Assembly: GCA_010909165.1 (NCBI GenBank)
Contig: MU008189.1
Span: 434,001 to 498,000 of the forward strand
DNA length: 64,000 nucleotides
From: Anthoceros angustus
Lineage: Eukaryota > Plantae > Anthocerotophyta
Direction: 5' to 3'
Below, piece by piece: positions 12,177 through 24,477 of this stretch. The notes below the pieces were generated by a model that saw only the letters and a program-made list of their open reading frames with translations, ran no database searches and was not told the DNA's origin. Both the position numbers and the translations under genes were made by a program. The first letter of the stretch is position 1. Every line of letters begins with the position of its first letter.

Positions 12177-13501
12177 ATGCAGCTACAAGCAGGAGTCGTG
12201 AGATGTGTTTGGCACAATCGGAGCACAGTGCCTGTTGTCCGAGGTTTTCGAGCAGCATCGATCGCACATTGGGCATCCGGTGCAAGAGGTCCTCGTTCCG
12301 TTGTGCACAGAGGAGTTTCGAGGATTCGCTTAGGGCTGGCAAGATCTGCTGTTTGGTCGGCTGTCAGTTACAGTGGAATGTAAATGGACTGTCAGCATAC
12401 ATGAATGTAAGTGGAATGCTACAGTCGGTGGAGATTTTGCGTGGGGGATGCTTAAGATTTTTAGCATTTTGAGTTCTGTTCTTGTTCTGTAGCCACTGTG
12501 GCCCTTTACTTCGTGCCTATGATTGATTGGAAAAACTCTTGTCGGCTCTTTTGCAGCATAGCAACACAAGAGGGAGATTGATGCCTTCGGAGGTGGTAGC
12601 CGAGGGGGGTTCGATGAGCCTGGATTCTCCTCGTCATCCAGATGCAGGGTTTTTGGGCGAGTTGGTATGGAATATTAAAACTGCAAAGCCTTGCATGTGG
12701 GGAGGGTACTCAGCAAGGCACAGTGACAGTGGAAACCATGCCATGGATGGCCCTGACACTTTTTCTGGCTTCCTTCCAAAGGTGCTCAAATATGGCCGAT
12801 GGCTGTTGAAGAGGAAGGAAAACGACAGGAGTCAGCCTTCCAATGCCGTTTTCCTGTCATTGAATCTCAGGATTGTCTCCTTCCCTGTCACTGCCGGGAA
12901 CAAGTGCATGCAGTGGCTGCGAGAGCATAAGTTGTTGGATGATGGAAGCGGCGGTTGTAATTGGGGAGGAAGTGGCAAGGGAAAGGCTCTCACAGGAACT
13001 GAAGGAGCAGGGGATCACTATTCCGGTTCTCAGGCACCTCGGTTCTATCTTGTCTGGGGTTTTTGTATTAGCTTGGCCTGGATGCTCCTCCGGGTAGTTG
13101 CTTTTCACAAAGGGGTATCAGGACTTGGCATTACCTCGGTTTCCGACTGTGTGCTGGGCATGCTGTGGCTAGGTTGGTTGTGGAGCTTCATCGCCCTTGT
13201 TCTATGGATCACCAGAATGCCCGTGCAGTTACTTTGCACATACAGCCCCGAGCGGTTCATTGGAAGGATTCCCATAATATCTCAGGTGAATCGGCTCAGG
13301 CTTCACGAAAGCATGGCCAAGCACCTCGGTTTGGTACCAGCGTTTGCCTTGTCTTGGTTCTTCTTTTCTGACCTAGCCTCTTCGTTGAAGCAAGTCATTA
13401 GCAGAGACAAGGTGAAGCTCCAAAACGCTCGGGAAAGGAGTTCCTCAAAAGCCGTACCGAGAAGGAGGAGAGGTGGCAGTTTCCGAAGGAGGACCTGGTA
13501 G
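12177..13501 (+). CDS. Hypothetical membrane protein, probably plastid-targeted (about 3 hydrophobic segments)
   Basis: Open frame 12527-13501 has hydrophobic stretches (FYLVWGFCISLAWMLL, VLGMLWLGWLWSFIALVLW, LGLVPAFALSWFFF). A possible Arg/Ser-rich transit-peptide exon starts at 12177 (inferred). Confidence 0.5.
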
Positions 13502-13682
13502 TTTGCATTACGTTGGTTGGCTTGCAAACACAGTGGACTGCCTACTCACTGGCACAAGGAAGTCTTATGTGAGGTGGCACCCGCGGAGGCATGCAAGCCA
13601 CCTGGCGGCCGGGTTCTCACATTTCTACACCCTCCAAAGGATCTCGGTTGGCGAATGTGCAATTTGGATTCAGAATTTTGCA

Positions 13683-14333
13683 ATGAGCTCGGTACAGCAG
13701 CTGTGTGGTCGGGTACTTCGGGCGCAGAAGCAGGCTCGGGGCATCACCTTCAATGCAGCACTTGTGTCACTCTGCAGCAGCAGCAGCAGCTGCAACAGTG
13801 CATCGGGCAACCTGAGCTCCGCAATTAGAGCGTGCGGTCTGCACCCTCAATACCCTGGACGAGGTATCCATGCCACCACTAGCCAGAGCTTGAAGGCGGC
13901 AGGGAGGTCAGGACCAGACACCGACGACAATCATGGTGGTCCACCGGGAGGCAAATTGCGAGACCCCAAAGACGGAGCAGATGAGAAGGTGGGAGCGCCG
14001 AGGACTTCAGCTGCCGCGCCACACGACGCCATCGGGGAGGAGCAGAGGGTGGACACCTTTGTAATGGACGGCTTGGCAAGCCCTGCCACCGACGAAACCA
14101 AAAGCCTCAAAGACACTGTCAAGAACACAGTGAACTCCGTCGGCAAGAAGGTGAAGGATTTGGGAGACTCCATGAAGGGAGCAGTAACTTCTTGTACCTC
14201 TACTTCCGACTCCGAGTCATCCTCGGACGACTCCGAAACTCTGCCGGGTTCGAGCGACGTCGTGCAGAAAGTCGGTGACACGGTGAAGGGAGTTGGAGAG
14301 AGCATGGAGAACACCGACATAGTCTCGCAGTGA
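13683..14333 (+). CDS. Hydrophilic LEA-like protein with probable mitochondrial presequence
   Basis: MSSVQQLCGRVLRAQKQARG...RGIHATT resembles a presequence. The C-terminal amphipathic K/D/T/V repeats (LKDTVKNTVNSVGKKVKDLGDSMK; VVQKVGDTVKGVGESME) resemble LEA proteins. Confidence 0.55.
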   Translation: MSSVQQLCGRVLRAQKQARGITFNAALVSLCSSSSSCNSASGNLSSAIRACGLHPQYPGRGIHATTSQSLKAAGRSGPDTDDNHGGPPGGKLRDPKDGADEKVGAPRTSAAAPHDAIGEEQRVDTFVMDGLASPATDETKSLKDTVKNTVNSVGKKVKDLGDSMKGAVTSCTSTSDSESSSDDSETLPGSSDVVQKVGDTVKGVGESMENTDIVSQ

Positions 14334-15902
14334 GCCTGTCACACCGTCAATGGTCATCCGCCAATATTAGTGTAGAGAGCGCGAGCAAGCTTGTCGGAAC
14401 TCCGATGCTCTCTCTTCACGCACACAAGTTGGAGACAGGCTGGTGAGGTAGTTCGTCTTCCCGTCCCTGGTTCGGAGCAAAGCACGATGTCCCGTCCTTC
14501 GGCAAGTAGGAGAGTCGTGACTTGCCGTCCCACGAGTCAAACCCCGTGGTCTCCCTCCTCGACACCTGCTCAACATGTAAACGGATATAGGATCACGGCG
14601 TGACCTATGCTATCCGCAATAACCACCATCGATGATATGTAATATTTAATACGAACGAATAGTTGTATCACTGATATTGAGACTTATTTTCAAATGAGTC
14701 TTCGGTATCTATGTAGGTACCTGTGTATAGCTTGGTGTGCTCCACAATCTACCTCGGACTCACATTAATGGGCGCATAAACGCGATGCGACATTTACGAG
14801 GAATTCCCTTGGGGCTAAGTACTGTACAGTAACTTGAAGAAGAGGGCTACGTACAATACACGAGAAAGCTACGTACAGTACTGTGTATCTGGGCGAAAAG
14901 CAAGGTGTCAGAACGGGAGCGTAATAATATTAGAAGTGCGGAGCGTCTTCATTCCTCGTTCCCTGATTATGAGCGGAAGGCGGTGATTGCACCGTCCCTG
15001 CAACACATGGGAGCAGGCAATGACAAGCAGCTTGTCCCTGTCCCTGTCCCTGTCCCCACGGGAGACAGAGCCCGGCCCGGCCCGGGGGCCGGGAGTCGGA
15101 GACCGGGTCCGGGACCACCTCAGAAGCTGCAGCGCGATGGAAGGCGCACAGGAGAGCCACGAACGGAAACGGGAACGCCGCGATTCGCGAAGCGCCGAGG
15201 GCCGAGGGCCGAGGGCCGCGAGGGCCGTGGGAAGTGCACCATTTCCTCGTGGCCCGTCTTGGATGATGGAATAGGCGGAGAAACGAGAAACAGACGGCGG
15301 TCGGCCCCGGTCGCCGGTCACGCGGAGGGCCGGGCCAGGCTGGGGCGCCCGTCGTGGACTCGTGGGTGCCCGGCCAATCGCTGCTCATCTCCCTCTCGTG
15401 GTCGCCTATTTAGCTGCATTCCGCTACCACCGAGTTCTCCTCCCACGAAGCCTGAAGGTAGTGTGGGGAACGAGCATGTTGTGCGTGGGCTCGGGCCGGG
15501 ACCGGGACTGGGAACAGGACTGGCCACGGACTGCCCTGCGCCCACACCCGCCTCTGCAGCGCCCACCCCTGGCTCTTGCCCCTCGCCTGGCTTGGCCGCT
15601 TGCGATCATCCGGCCGAGTCCTTGTCCTGAGCGTGCCCCTCACGCCCCGCCTCCCCATGAGGCCCCCGGCGGGCGAGTCTCCATCCCGCCTCCGGATTCC
15701 ACCCCGCGCATTGCCGCATCTGGATCCGCTTCTCCCCCAGCTGCGCCCATGGCGGGGTTTGCCGAGATCGGGCGGAGCTGAGGGAGGGGCAGGGCAGGGG
15801 GATTTGTGGGCGGTAGAGATCGGTGTGGGATTTGGTGGGCGGTAGAGCGCCTTTGGTGGGCGGTAGGGACCTTTTGTTGGGCGGTAGAGAGCAGCAGCGG
15901 CC

Positions 15903-18210
15903 ATGGGGAGGAAGGCGTCCGCGGGGCACCAGAGATGGTTCTGGTCCAACATGATCATGGCCTTCATGCTGGTGCTGGCCGTGCTCAAGCTCGGGCTGCA
16001 CGCCTTCTACTGCAGCAGGCAGGAGGGGACGGCGGCCATGGACGGCACGATTGACCTGAGCCTGGAGGAGAGCAAGCGCTGGGCGAGGAGCGGGGCGGGG
16101 ATGGCGGACGGGCTGGTGGCCGGGGCGTCCCGGAGGTGGCTGGCGGACGGGTCGGGGACGGGAGGGACTGGGCGAGGGAGGCAAGGGCCGGGTGGTGCAG
16201 CAGCCAGACTTGGAGCTTTCCATGACCATCTTCTGCGCGCCCAAGCCGTTCGACATGGAGGATCCTGATGACGCGCAGCAGCAGGCGCTGCTGTCGTGGC
16301 TCCGCCTCCAGCCAAGACCCAAGATCGTGCTGCTCGGGGACGACCCGTCTCTGGCCGCCATAGCCAGTGAGTTTCCGGAGGGGACTGTGACGGTCGAGGA
16401 GGATATCGACTACAATATGCGGGGAATGCCTATGTTCCACAGCATCATGTACAGGGCCAGGAATGCGGACACCAACGTCTCCATGGTCATCAACGGGGAC
16501 ATCATCCTGCTGGAGGACTACATGGTGGCGATGCAGAAGACGGCCAAGATGTTCGACAACTGGATTCTGACGGCCATGCGTTGGGACATGCAGGCGCTGC
16601 CGTACCGGTTTGTGCACCGGGGGAACGGGGTGGTGGATTTGGTGAGGGCCGGGTCTGGGGAGAAGGTGACGGATGCCGAGGTTGCTGCCCATGGGAGGTC
16701 GCTGGGGGTGCTGCATACCTATGGTGGGGTGGATTTCTGGGCTTGGAATGTGAGGGATCCTGACATTCCATTGCACGAGACCATCATGCCACCGTTCAGC
16801 TTTGGGAGGGGGAGGTATGACAATTGGCTGACACACCACATGGTGGTGGAGGCTGGGGAGAGGGCGGTTGTGGATGCCAGTGATGCCATTGTCAACATCC
16901 ATGTCGCCCATGCTTATGCCCATGTGGGGACTGGGAATGATTCTGCACCTGTGAACTTCTGGAGCTCCAACAAGAAGAAGAGCTGGGAGGCGTTTTCCAA
17001 CATTCATCTTTCGCAGACTGTGGGGAGCTTCGTGAACCAGATGGGCACTGCACTGCACATTCCCTGGAAGATGGTGACTTGTATGGAGCCCAATTTGGGT
17101 AACCTGTGCATGACCAAGCGGGTGAAGCCGGCTTCTTGCACCTGCGAATACAGCTCGCACGTGAACAACACCCAGACTGAGCCCAAGCTGGAGGCGAACA
17201 GGTGGCGGTGCGGGTCGGTGTCAGTGGACCAGCCTTTCGAGATCGACCCTGTGCCCACCAAGAATTCCGTGCCCGGGCTGCCCTGGACGCTGGACCAGCT
17301 GCTGCCGGAGGTGGCGGATGAGAACAACACCGTGGTGCTGGTGGCTGTCACGGCGGGGTACAAGGAGATGTTGCTGAATTTCATCTGCCGGGTGAACAAG
17401 ATGGGCATCAAGAATGTGCTGATTGCGGCGCTGGAGGAGGATTTGTACAAGTATGCCTTCACGCAGGGGCTGCCGGTGTATTTGGAAAACATTCCTGCCA
17501 CGTTCGGGAACCTGAGCACGGCGGAGTGTCCCTTCGGGTCTCAGTGCTTCAGGCAGTTCACCAAGCTCAAGTCTCGGGCTGTGCTGAATGTTCTCAGGGC
17601 TGGGTACAACGTGCTGTGGACGGATGTGGACATTGCGTGGATGAAGAATCCGCTGCCGGACATGATGTCTTACGGGCCTGGGACTCTTCCGATTCAGAGC
17701 AATGAACCCAATGATGCCATTCCCGGGAGTGGCATCCGGAGGATCAACTCGGGCTTTTACTATGCCCGGGCAGATAACATGACCATCGAGGCCTTCCAGG
17801 CGATTGTGACCCATGCTGCAGGTACCAAGCTGTCGGAGCAGCCCAGCTTCTACGATGTTCTGTGTGGCGTCAAGGGTGAGAAGAAGGTCAGTGACACCGA
17901 GTGCGTCTATGACAATGGGCTGAGGACCATATTCCTTGACCGCAAGCTTTACCCCAACGGAGCTGTCTACAAGATTTGGGAAGAACCGGATGTGACAGAA
18001 GCGTGCTTGAATCTGGGCTGCCTCATGCTGCACAACAACTGGATTGCAGGCAAGGGTAACAAAACGGAGCGTTTTGTGGCCAACGGGATGTGGCACTACG
18101 ATGTGGAGAACAGGATGTGCATGCACGACTGGCATCCTTTGACAAAGATGAATCGGGCCCAGTTCAAAACCCATATGATGGCAAGCTTGAACAGGACCGG
18201 AGCCCTTTGA
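15903..18210 (+). CDS. RAY1: RAY1-like beta-arabinofuranosyltransferase (GT77, nucleotide-diphospho-sugar transferase); intronless, apparent frameshift about 16100-16190
   Basis: A type-II anchor in frame 15903 (WFWSNMIMAFMLVLAVLKLGL) precedes TIFCAPKPF, PMFHSI, GRGRYDNWL, VLWTDVD (DxD), INSGFYYAR, SEQPSFYDVLCG, FLDRKLYPNGA and HNNWIAG. Confidence 0.85.
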
Positions 18211-18283
18211 TGTGGACTCAAGTCTGCAGTCACCGCCAGGCAAGCCAGGAGAATAAACGTGGAATCTCTTATAGTATGCGTCC

Positions 18284-20566
18284 TCTGTATCTTGAGAGTG
18301 AAGAAGCCGGCATCTTCCTCTGGAGGCTGTCCGTAAAAGTCACCGAGTCGTGGGTGGAACTGTGCTGACTGAACTTCCACCACATGGGATGTCCTTGAAA
18401 GTTCTCCATTGTCCAGTCCGTGCCGCTACTCATGGTGTAGCTGATCTTCGCAGCACCTTTGGACTTGATCAAGGATGCTCTATGCGCCGTTCGGGCAGTG
18501 GCCAAGCTGAGATGCGCCTGCACGGCATCGAACAATTCGTTGGGCGTATGCCCCACGTTCTCCTGAATTTCGTAGTAGACATAGCGATTGAACCTGTTGA
18601 AGTACGGCACCATCCAGTCTTTGACGTGGTGGATGTACTCCAACGGGAGCATCTGCAGGATGGTCCAGAATCCCAGCAGTGCTGTGATCTGGGCTCCCAG
18701 CTGGAGGAAGCTGCCCGGGTCTGCGAGTCGTTCTGCCATTGTCGGCCCGCGCAATTCTGCTTCCATGCAGCGGTGACACAGTGAGAAAACCGAGCCGAGA
18801 GGCCACACAATTCTGATCCCACTTCAGAGGCGTGGAAGAGAGGGCATTACCTGCGGAGCTGTTCAAAAACAGGCTCCTTGGCAGCTCCTGGGGAGCATGG
18901 CAGCACAGTAGGTCACGCTGCCAGGACTTGAAGGACGCAGGAGATCAGAGCAGGGCAGGCCTGCTGTTTGGCTTGTGGGCACTTTGGGTCTGGATCAGGG
19001 CTGCCTTAATAAGGAGCAAGAAAGTTCCATCCGGGGAGCAAAGCAGGCAGGACGGGAGGAGGCAAGTTCCGGCAGCTACAGGTGGCTGTCAGTCCTGGCA
19101 CTTGCGTCGGCTTTTTAATGTAGCCCTCACGAAGTGTTCAGTGTGACGACAAGCGAGCGATTCCCAAATGCATATGGACCCACAACGCACTCAAGGCATG
19201 AGGCGGTTGGTGAGGTCCTCTGCACCTGTGAACTTCTGGAGCTCCAACAAGAAGAAGAGCTGGGAGGCGTTTTCCAACATTCATCTTTCGCAGACTGTGG
19301 GGAGCTTCGTGAACCAGATGGGCACTGCACTGCACATTCCCTGGAAGATGGTGACTTGTATGGAGCCCAATTTGGGTAACCTGTGCATGACCAAGCGGGT
19401 GAAGCCGGCTTCTTGCACCTGCGAATACAGCTCGCACGTGAACAACACCCAGACTGAGCCCAAGCTGGAGGCGAACAGGTGGCGGTGCGGGTCGGTGTCA
19501 GTGGACCAGCCTTTCGAGATCGACCCTGTGCCCACCAAGAATTCCGTGCCCGGGCTGCCCTGGACGCTGGACCAGCTGCTGCCGGAGGTGGCGGATGAGA
19601 ACAACACCGTGGTGCTGGTGGCTGTCACGGCGGGGTACAAGGAGATGTTGCTGAATTTCATCTGCCGGGTGAACAAGATGGGCATCAAGACAAATAAAAG
19701 CCGACACCTGTACAGTTGCGAGGGAACTGCATCGCGTCTTCTCTCGGTTGCCCCGTCTCCCCTCTCCCTCCTGCGCCCCCTCAATAAGGCCGGGGACGCT
19801 CCTGGAACTGGCAGCATGTGCTCCTTGCAAGCTCCAGACTCAGGAGTCTGAATATCGCGAGCTATGGTGTTTCAAGATGCATTCTCCGCTGTTGGGGTGG
19901 TAGCTCATGTCATTTGGTGGGCTGCGTTCTGATGTTTTGCGATCTGGAACCACCTAATTTTTGGCTCTTGATCAACAGGGGCCTCATTCCGCAAAGAAGG
20001 GGGTGCGTGGCATCCGGAGGATCAACTCGGGCTTTACTATGCCCGGGCAGATAACATGACCATCGAGGCCTTCCAGGCGATTGTGACCCATGCTGCAGGT
20101 ACCAAGCTGTCGGAGCAGCCCAGCTTCTACGATGTTCTGTGTGGCGTCAAGGGTGAGAAGAAGGTCAGTGACACCGAGTGCGTCTATGACAATGGGCTGA
20201 GGACCATATTCCTTGACCGCAAGCTTTACCCCAACGGAGCTGTCTACAAGATTTGGGAAGAACCGGATGTGACAGAAGCGTGCTTGAATCTGGGCTGCCT
20301 CATGCTGCACAACAACTGGATTGCGGGCAAGGGTAACAAAACGGAGCGTTTTGTGGCCAACGGGATGTGGCACTACGATGTGGAGAACAGGATGTGCATG
20401 CACGACTGGCATCCTTTGACAAAGATGAATCGGGCCCAGTTCAAAACCCATATGATGGCAAGCTTGAACAGGACCGGAGCCCTTTGATGTGGACTCAAGT
20501 CTGCAGTCACCGCCAGGCAAGCCAGGAGAATAAACGTGGAATCTCTTATAGTATGCGTCCTCTGTA
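18284..20566. repeat. Mosaic duplication alternating AAA-locus and RAY1 fragments
   Basis: 18284-19228 = 23026-23975; 19219-19690 = 16942-17413; 19682-20015 = 24294-24633; 20007-20566 = 17729-18289. Confidence 0.92.
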
Positions 20567-21703
20567 GTACGAGCTTCCAACCTACAGTGACATAACCATT
20601 CTGGACGCAGCTCGTGTTGTGCATGGTGGAACCCCTGAGGCTCATGTTCCTGCTGTCAAGTTTATGGGATGTGGGAGCCTTGAGTCGAGAGAGACAGCTT
20701 TGCCTGCGGATGTAAAACCTCGTGGCAGCAGGAATGTTGCGGGTCATCAGGGGATTCTGGCAGCGAGCACGACATGTGTCCCAGTTTTGCCCACCTCGGC
20801 TTCACCCCATTACAGCTGTGATTCCTCAAGCGTTCTAAAATATGTGAGCTAATCGGACAATCCGGAGAGACCGAGGGACCAGCTGCACAGCCGATAAGGA
20901 CTGGTGTCCTCCTCCCGAAGCCAAGGGTGAGTTTGTAGAGTGGAGCTGGCCGTAATTGTATCTAGCCTCATTACACATAGCATGAAGATCTAGAATACAG
21001 TAAGCAGACTTTGCAGTTGTTATTTGAGAGGCTACGCGCAAGCTAGCCTGTCCTGCTGAAGTTGCACAAGATCATTCTTTCTAATACAGTTCTATCAGTT
21101 TTACTTAATGCTTGCTGGTGCTGCTGCTGCTGCTGCTGAGGATGATGATGTCTGGATGCAAAATGGTTCCTCTTTCCCTGATTTGCTTAAACGTCACCAT
21201 GACCTCGGTTCAAGAATCCTGCTTTCGAGAAAGAAAATTTGAATGACCAGCAGGAGCTGGCTTACGCCATCATTGTCATGACCTCACTGGCAACATCCAC
21301 CGACAAAGACCGCGGGTGGGTCTGCAACTGCATTCACCACCGACCTCTTATAAAATAGTCGATGAGCCAAAATCGCCATCATTCACGGCATTATTTGCCG
21401 GGACACTTGGCTGTGCTTGGGCAGGATCAGAAGCGAGCCACATAGAAAACCCAGCAGAATTCTGCGGCAGGAGAGCAGCGCGCAGCAGTTGCGGTTGGGA
21501 CAAGCCCGGGACGCCTGCATTTTCTGTAGTCTAGACACCTGTTCTCTCGCAAAGGTAGTTGGACAAAATTGGCCTCATAAATGTGCTGCAGATCTGCCAT
21601 CGCGGACAACAACAGCTCCTTTCCACAATCCGACGAGGCTCGAATACTACAAGGGAATGTTTGGTGTGGGTTGTGCAGCCTCAGAAGCCGCTCATCATGC
21701 TCA

Positions 21704-23485
21704 TCACGTTCCCAGCATATGAGCTGCAGTGCTTTCCGAGCTTGCTTCTGCTCCAGTCGTTTCTTGCATGGCTACACCCTTGCCAGCGTTTCCTATTTCA
21801 GCTGTGGGTTTGGAATGCTCCTGCTCCACATCGTCTCTCTGCCCTGGCGCGTGCGATTCCCCTCTTCCTGCTGCTATACTCTGCATACTAGTACCAGCAT
21901 CGTCACCTACAGATGCTTCTCCTCGGTTTTTCGTCTCCTGAGCATGTGCTGCATCAGCATTCTTGCTGCCGATCCCACCACTGCCCCCCTCGCCTGCAAT
22001 CTCCTCAGCCGAGGCAGTACCCTTGTCGTCTTCATTGGGCAGTGGCTGCAGCTTGTTCCTCTCCAGACCTGCAATTAGGTCTGTGAGAGCTGTGTCGGCA
22101 TCATTGCTGTTGATGAGGTACTCCGCCACATCTGCTGGAGTCATGTGCGCCCCTTCCATGGCCTCTTCCACCTGGTCATACATCTCGTGATGCTCGATTC
22201 CCAAGTAATTTTTTGCGAGCACCTTGAAAGCCGGGAACTGGCAAAAGGAGAGATGAATTTTCATGTCCATGCGGCCAGTGCGGAGCAGAGCTGGGTCAAG
22301 CTTCTCGATATGGTTGGTGGTGAAGATAATGATTTTCTCGGATCCGCAGCAAGACCAGATCCCGTCTGTAAAGTTGAGCAGTCCAGAGAGAGTAACTCCA
22401 TCTTTCTTCGTAGCCTTTCCCTTTTTCTCCTTCTCCTCCTCCTTTTTGTCCTCCTTTGCACGGTTTGTCAGGTCGATGCTGCAATCGATATCCTCGATTA
22501 CAATAATCGACTTACTGGTTGTCTGCAACAGTAGCTTCCTCAGCTCCGAGTTGTTGGCCACCTGTGTCAATTCCAGGTCGTATATGTCATAGTTCAGGAA
22601 GTTGGCCATGGCAGCGATCATGCTTGACTTGCCAGTTCCAGGAGGTCCGTAAAGCAGGTACCCCCTCTTCCAGGCCCTCCCCACCCTTTTGTAGAATGCC
22701 TCACTCTTGACAAACTCTTTCAGGTCATCCAGGACCTCAGCTTTCACACCAGGATCCAGGGCAAGTGTGTCAAAGCTGGAAGGATGCTTCAGGGGGATGG
22801 AAGCCCACAGCCGGCTCCGCCAGGGCAGTCCTCCAGAGTTGGTATACAGCTGCCGCTCCCGGTTCACCTGCTTCACCTTCTTTGCATTGACCATAACGTG
22901 GTCCATGTAGTCGTCCAAGATCTGACATCAGACAACTATGATCCTATTTCAAGCAGGACAATGGGGCAAGTACACAATCACATAGAGCCAGGTGAGGTGG
23001 GCAATTACCTTCCCCTTGTGCTTCTTCTGTATCTTGAGAGTGAAGAAGCCGGCATCTTCCTCTGGAGGCTGTCCGTAAAAGTCACCGAGTCGTGGGTGGG
23101 AACTGTGCTGACTGAACTTCCACCACATGGGATGTCCTTGAAAGTTCTCCATTGTCCAGTCCGTGCCGCTACTCATGGTGTAGCTGATCTTCGCAGCACC
23201 TTTGGACTTGATCAAGGATGCTCTATGCGCCGTTCGGGCAGTGGCCAAGCTGAGATGCGCCTGCACGGCATCGAACAATTCGTTGGGCGTATGCCCCACG
23301 TTCTCCTGAATTTCGTAGTAGACATAGCGATTGAACCTGTTGAAGTACGGCACCATCCAGTCTTTGACGTGGTGGATGTACTCCAACGGGAGCATCTGCC
23401 GCAGGATGGTCCAGAATCCCAGCAGTGCTGTGATCTGGGCTCCCAGCTGGAGGAAGCTGCCCGGGTCTGCGAGTCGTTCTGCCAT
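21704..23485 (-). CDS. Plant BCS1-like AAA ATPase (AAA_assoc + AAA); 2 exons (23485-23009, 22921-21704)
   Basis: N-terminal hydrophobic segment, NELFDAVQAHLS, HPSSFDTLALD, AWKRGYLLYGPPGTGKSS (Walker A), IIVIEDIDC (Walker B), TLSGLLNFTDGIWS and LDPALLRTGRMD. Confidence 0.93.
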
Positions 23486-24477
23486 TGTCGGCCCGCGCAA
23501 TTCTGCTTCCATGCAGCGGTGACACAGTGAGAAAACCGAGCCGAGAGGCCACACAATTCTGATCCCACTTCAGAGGCGTGGAAGAGAGGGCATTACCTGC
23601 GGAGCTGTTCAAAAACAGCTCCTTGGCAGCTCCCTGGGAGAGCATGGCAGCACAGTAGGTCACGCTGCCAGGACTTGAAGGACGCAGGAGATCAGAGCAG
23701 GGCAGGCCTGCTGTTTGGCTTGTGGGCACTTTGGGTCTGGATCAGGGCTGCCTTAATAAGGAGCAAGAAAGTTCCATCCGGGGAGCAAAGCAGGCAGGAC
23801 GGGAGGAGGCAAGTTCCGGCAGCTACAGGTGGCTGTCAGTCCTGGCACTTGCGTCGGCTTTTTAATGTAGCCCTCACGAAGTGTTCAGTGTGACGACAAG
23901 CGAGCGATTCCCAAATGCATATGGACCCACAACGCACTCAAGGCATGAGGCGGTTGGTGAGGTCCTCTGCACCTGCCTGCCTGCTTATCAGCTTGACCGT
24001 ATCCCAGCAGCAGGCACAGACACAGGCACAGGCACAGGAAATGCTGGGTACTTGGGGCGTGACAGGAGGAGTTAAATTGCAACTGGACCCACACGGGAAT
24101 CCGAGCAGAGGCCCCAGCGCAAGCCAGCCACTGTGCATGCAAGGGAAGGTTTCTGAGCTCCTTGTTGCTTGTGCCCCACACTATGTTCCCGGGCAAACCA
24201 GAACCCAGCAATTGCCCGGCAGCTTCTAGCGAGCCATTGCTGTGAAAGTGGCGTTGGGCGCAATCTGACGAGTTTGACGCAAGGTACCAGAGCGCATCAA
24301 GACAAATAAAAGCCGACACCTGTACAGTTGCGAGGGAACTGCATCGCGTCTTCTCGGTTGCCCCCGTCTCCCCTCTCCCCTCCTGCGCCCCCTCAATAAG
24401 GCCGGGGACGCTCCTGGAACTGGCAGCATGTGTGCTCCTTGCAAGCTCCAGACTCAGGAGTCTGAATATCGCGAGCT

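Noticed and set aside
14905-15900. Overlapping Pro/Gly/Arg-rich ORFs upstream of RAY1
   Set aside because: These are expected from very GC-rich low-complexity sequence and show no protein motifs.
15985-18243. Long antisense ORFs over RAY1 (and similar ones over catalase and the LRR genes)
   Set aside because: Shadow frames caused by GC-biased codon usage on the coding strand.
19168-20487. ORFs 19168-19851 and 20056-20487 as additional glycosyltransferase genes
   Set aside because: They are near-identical fragments of RAY1 within the mosaic duplication and lack the anchor and the DxD region.
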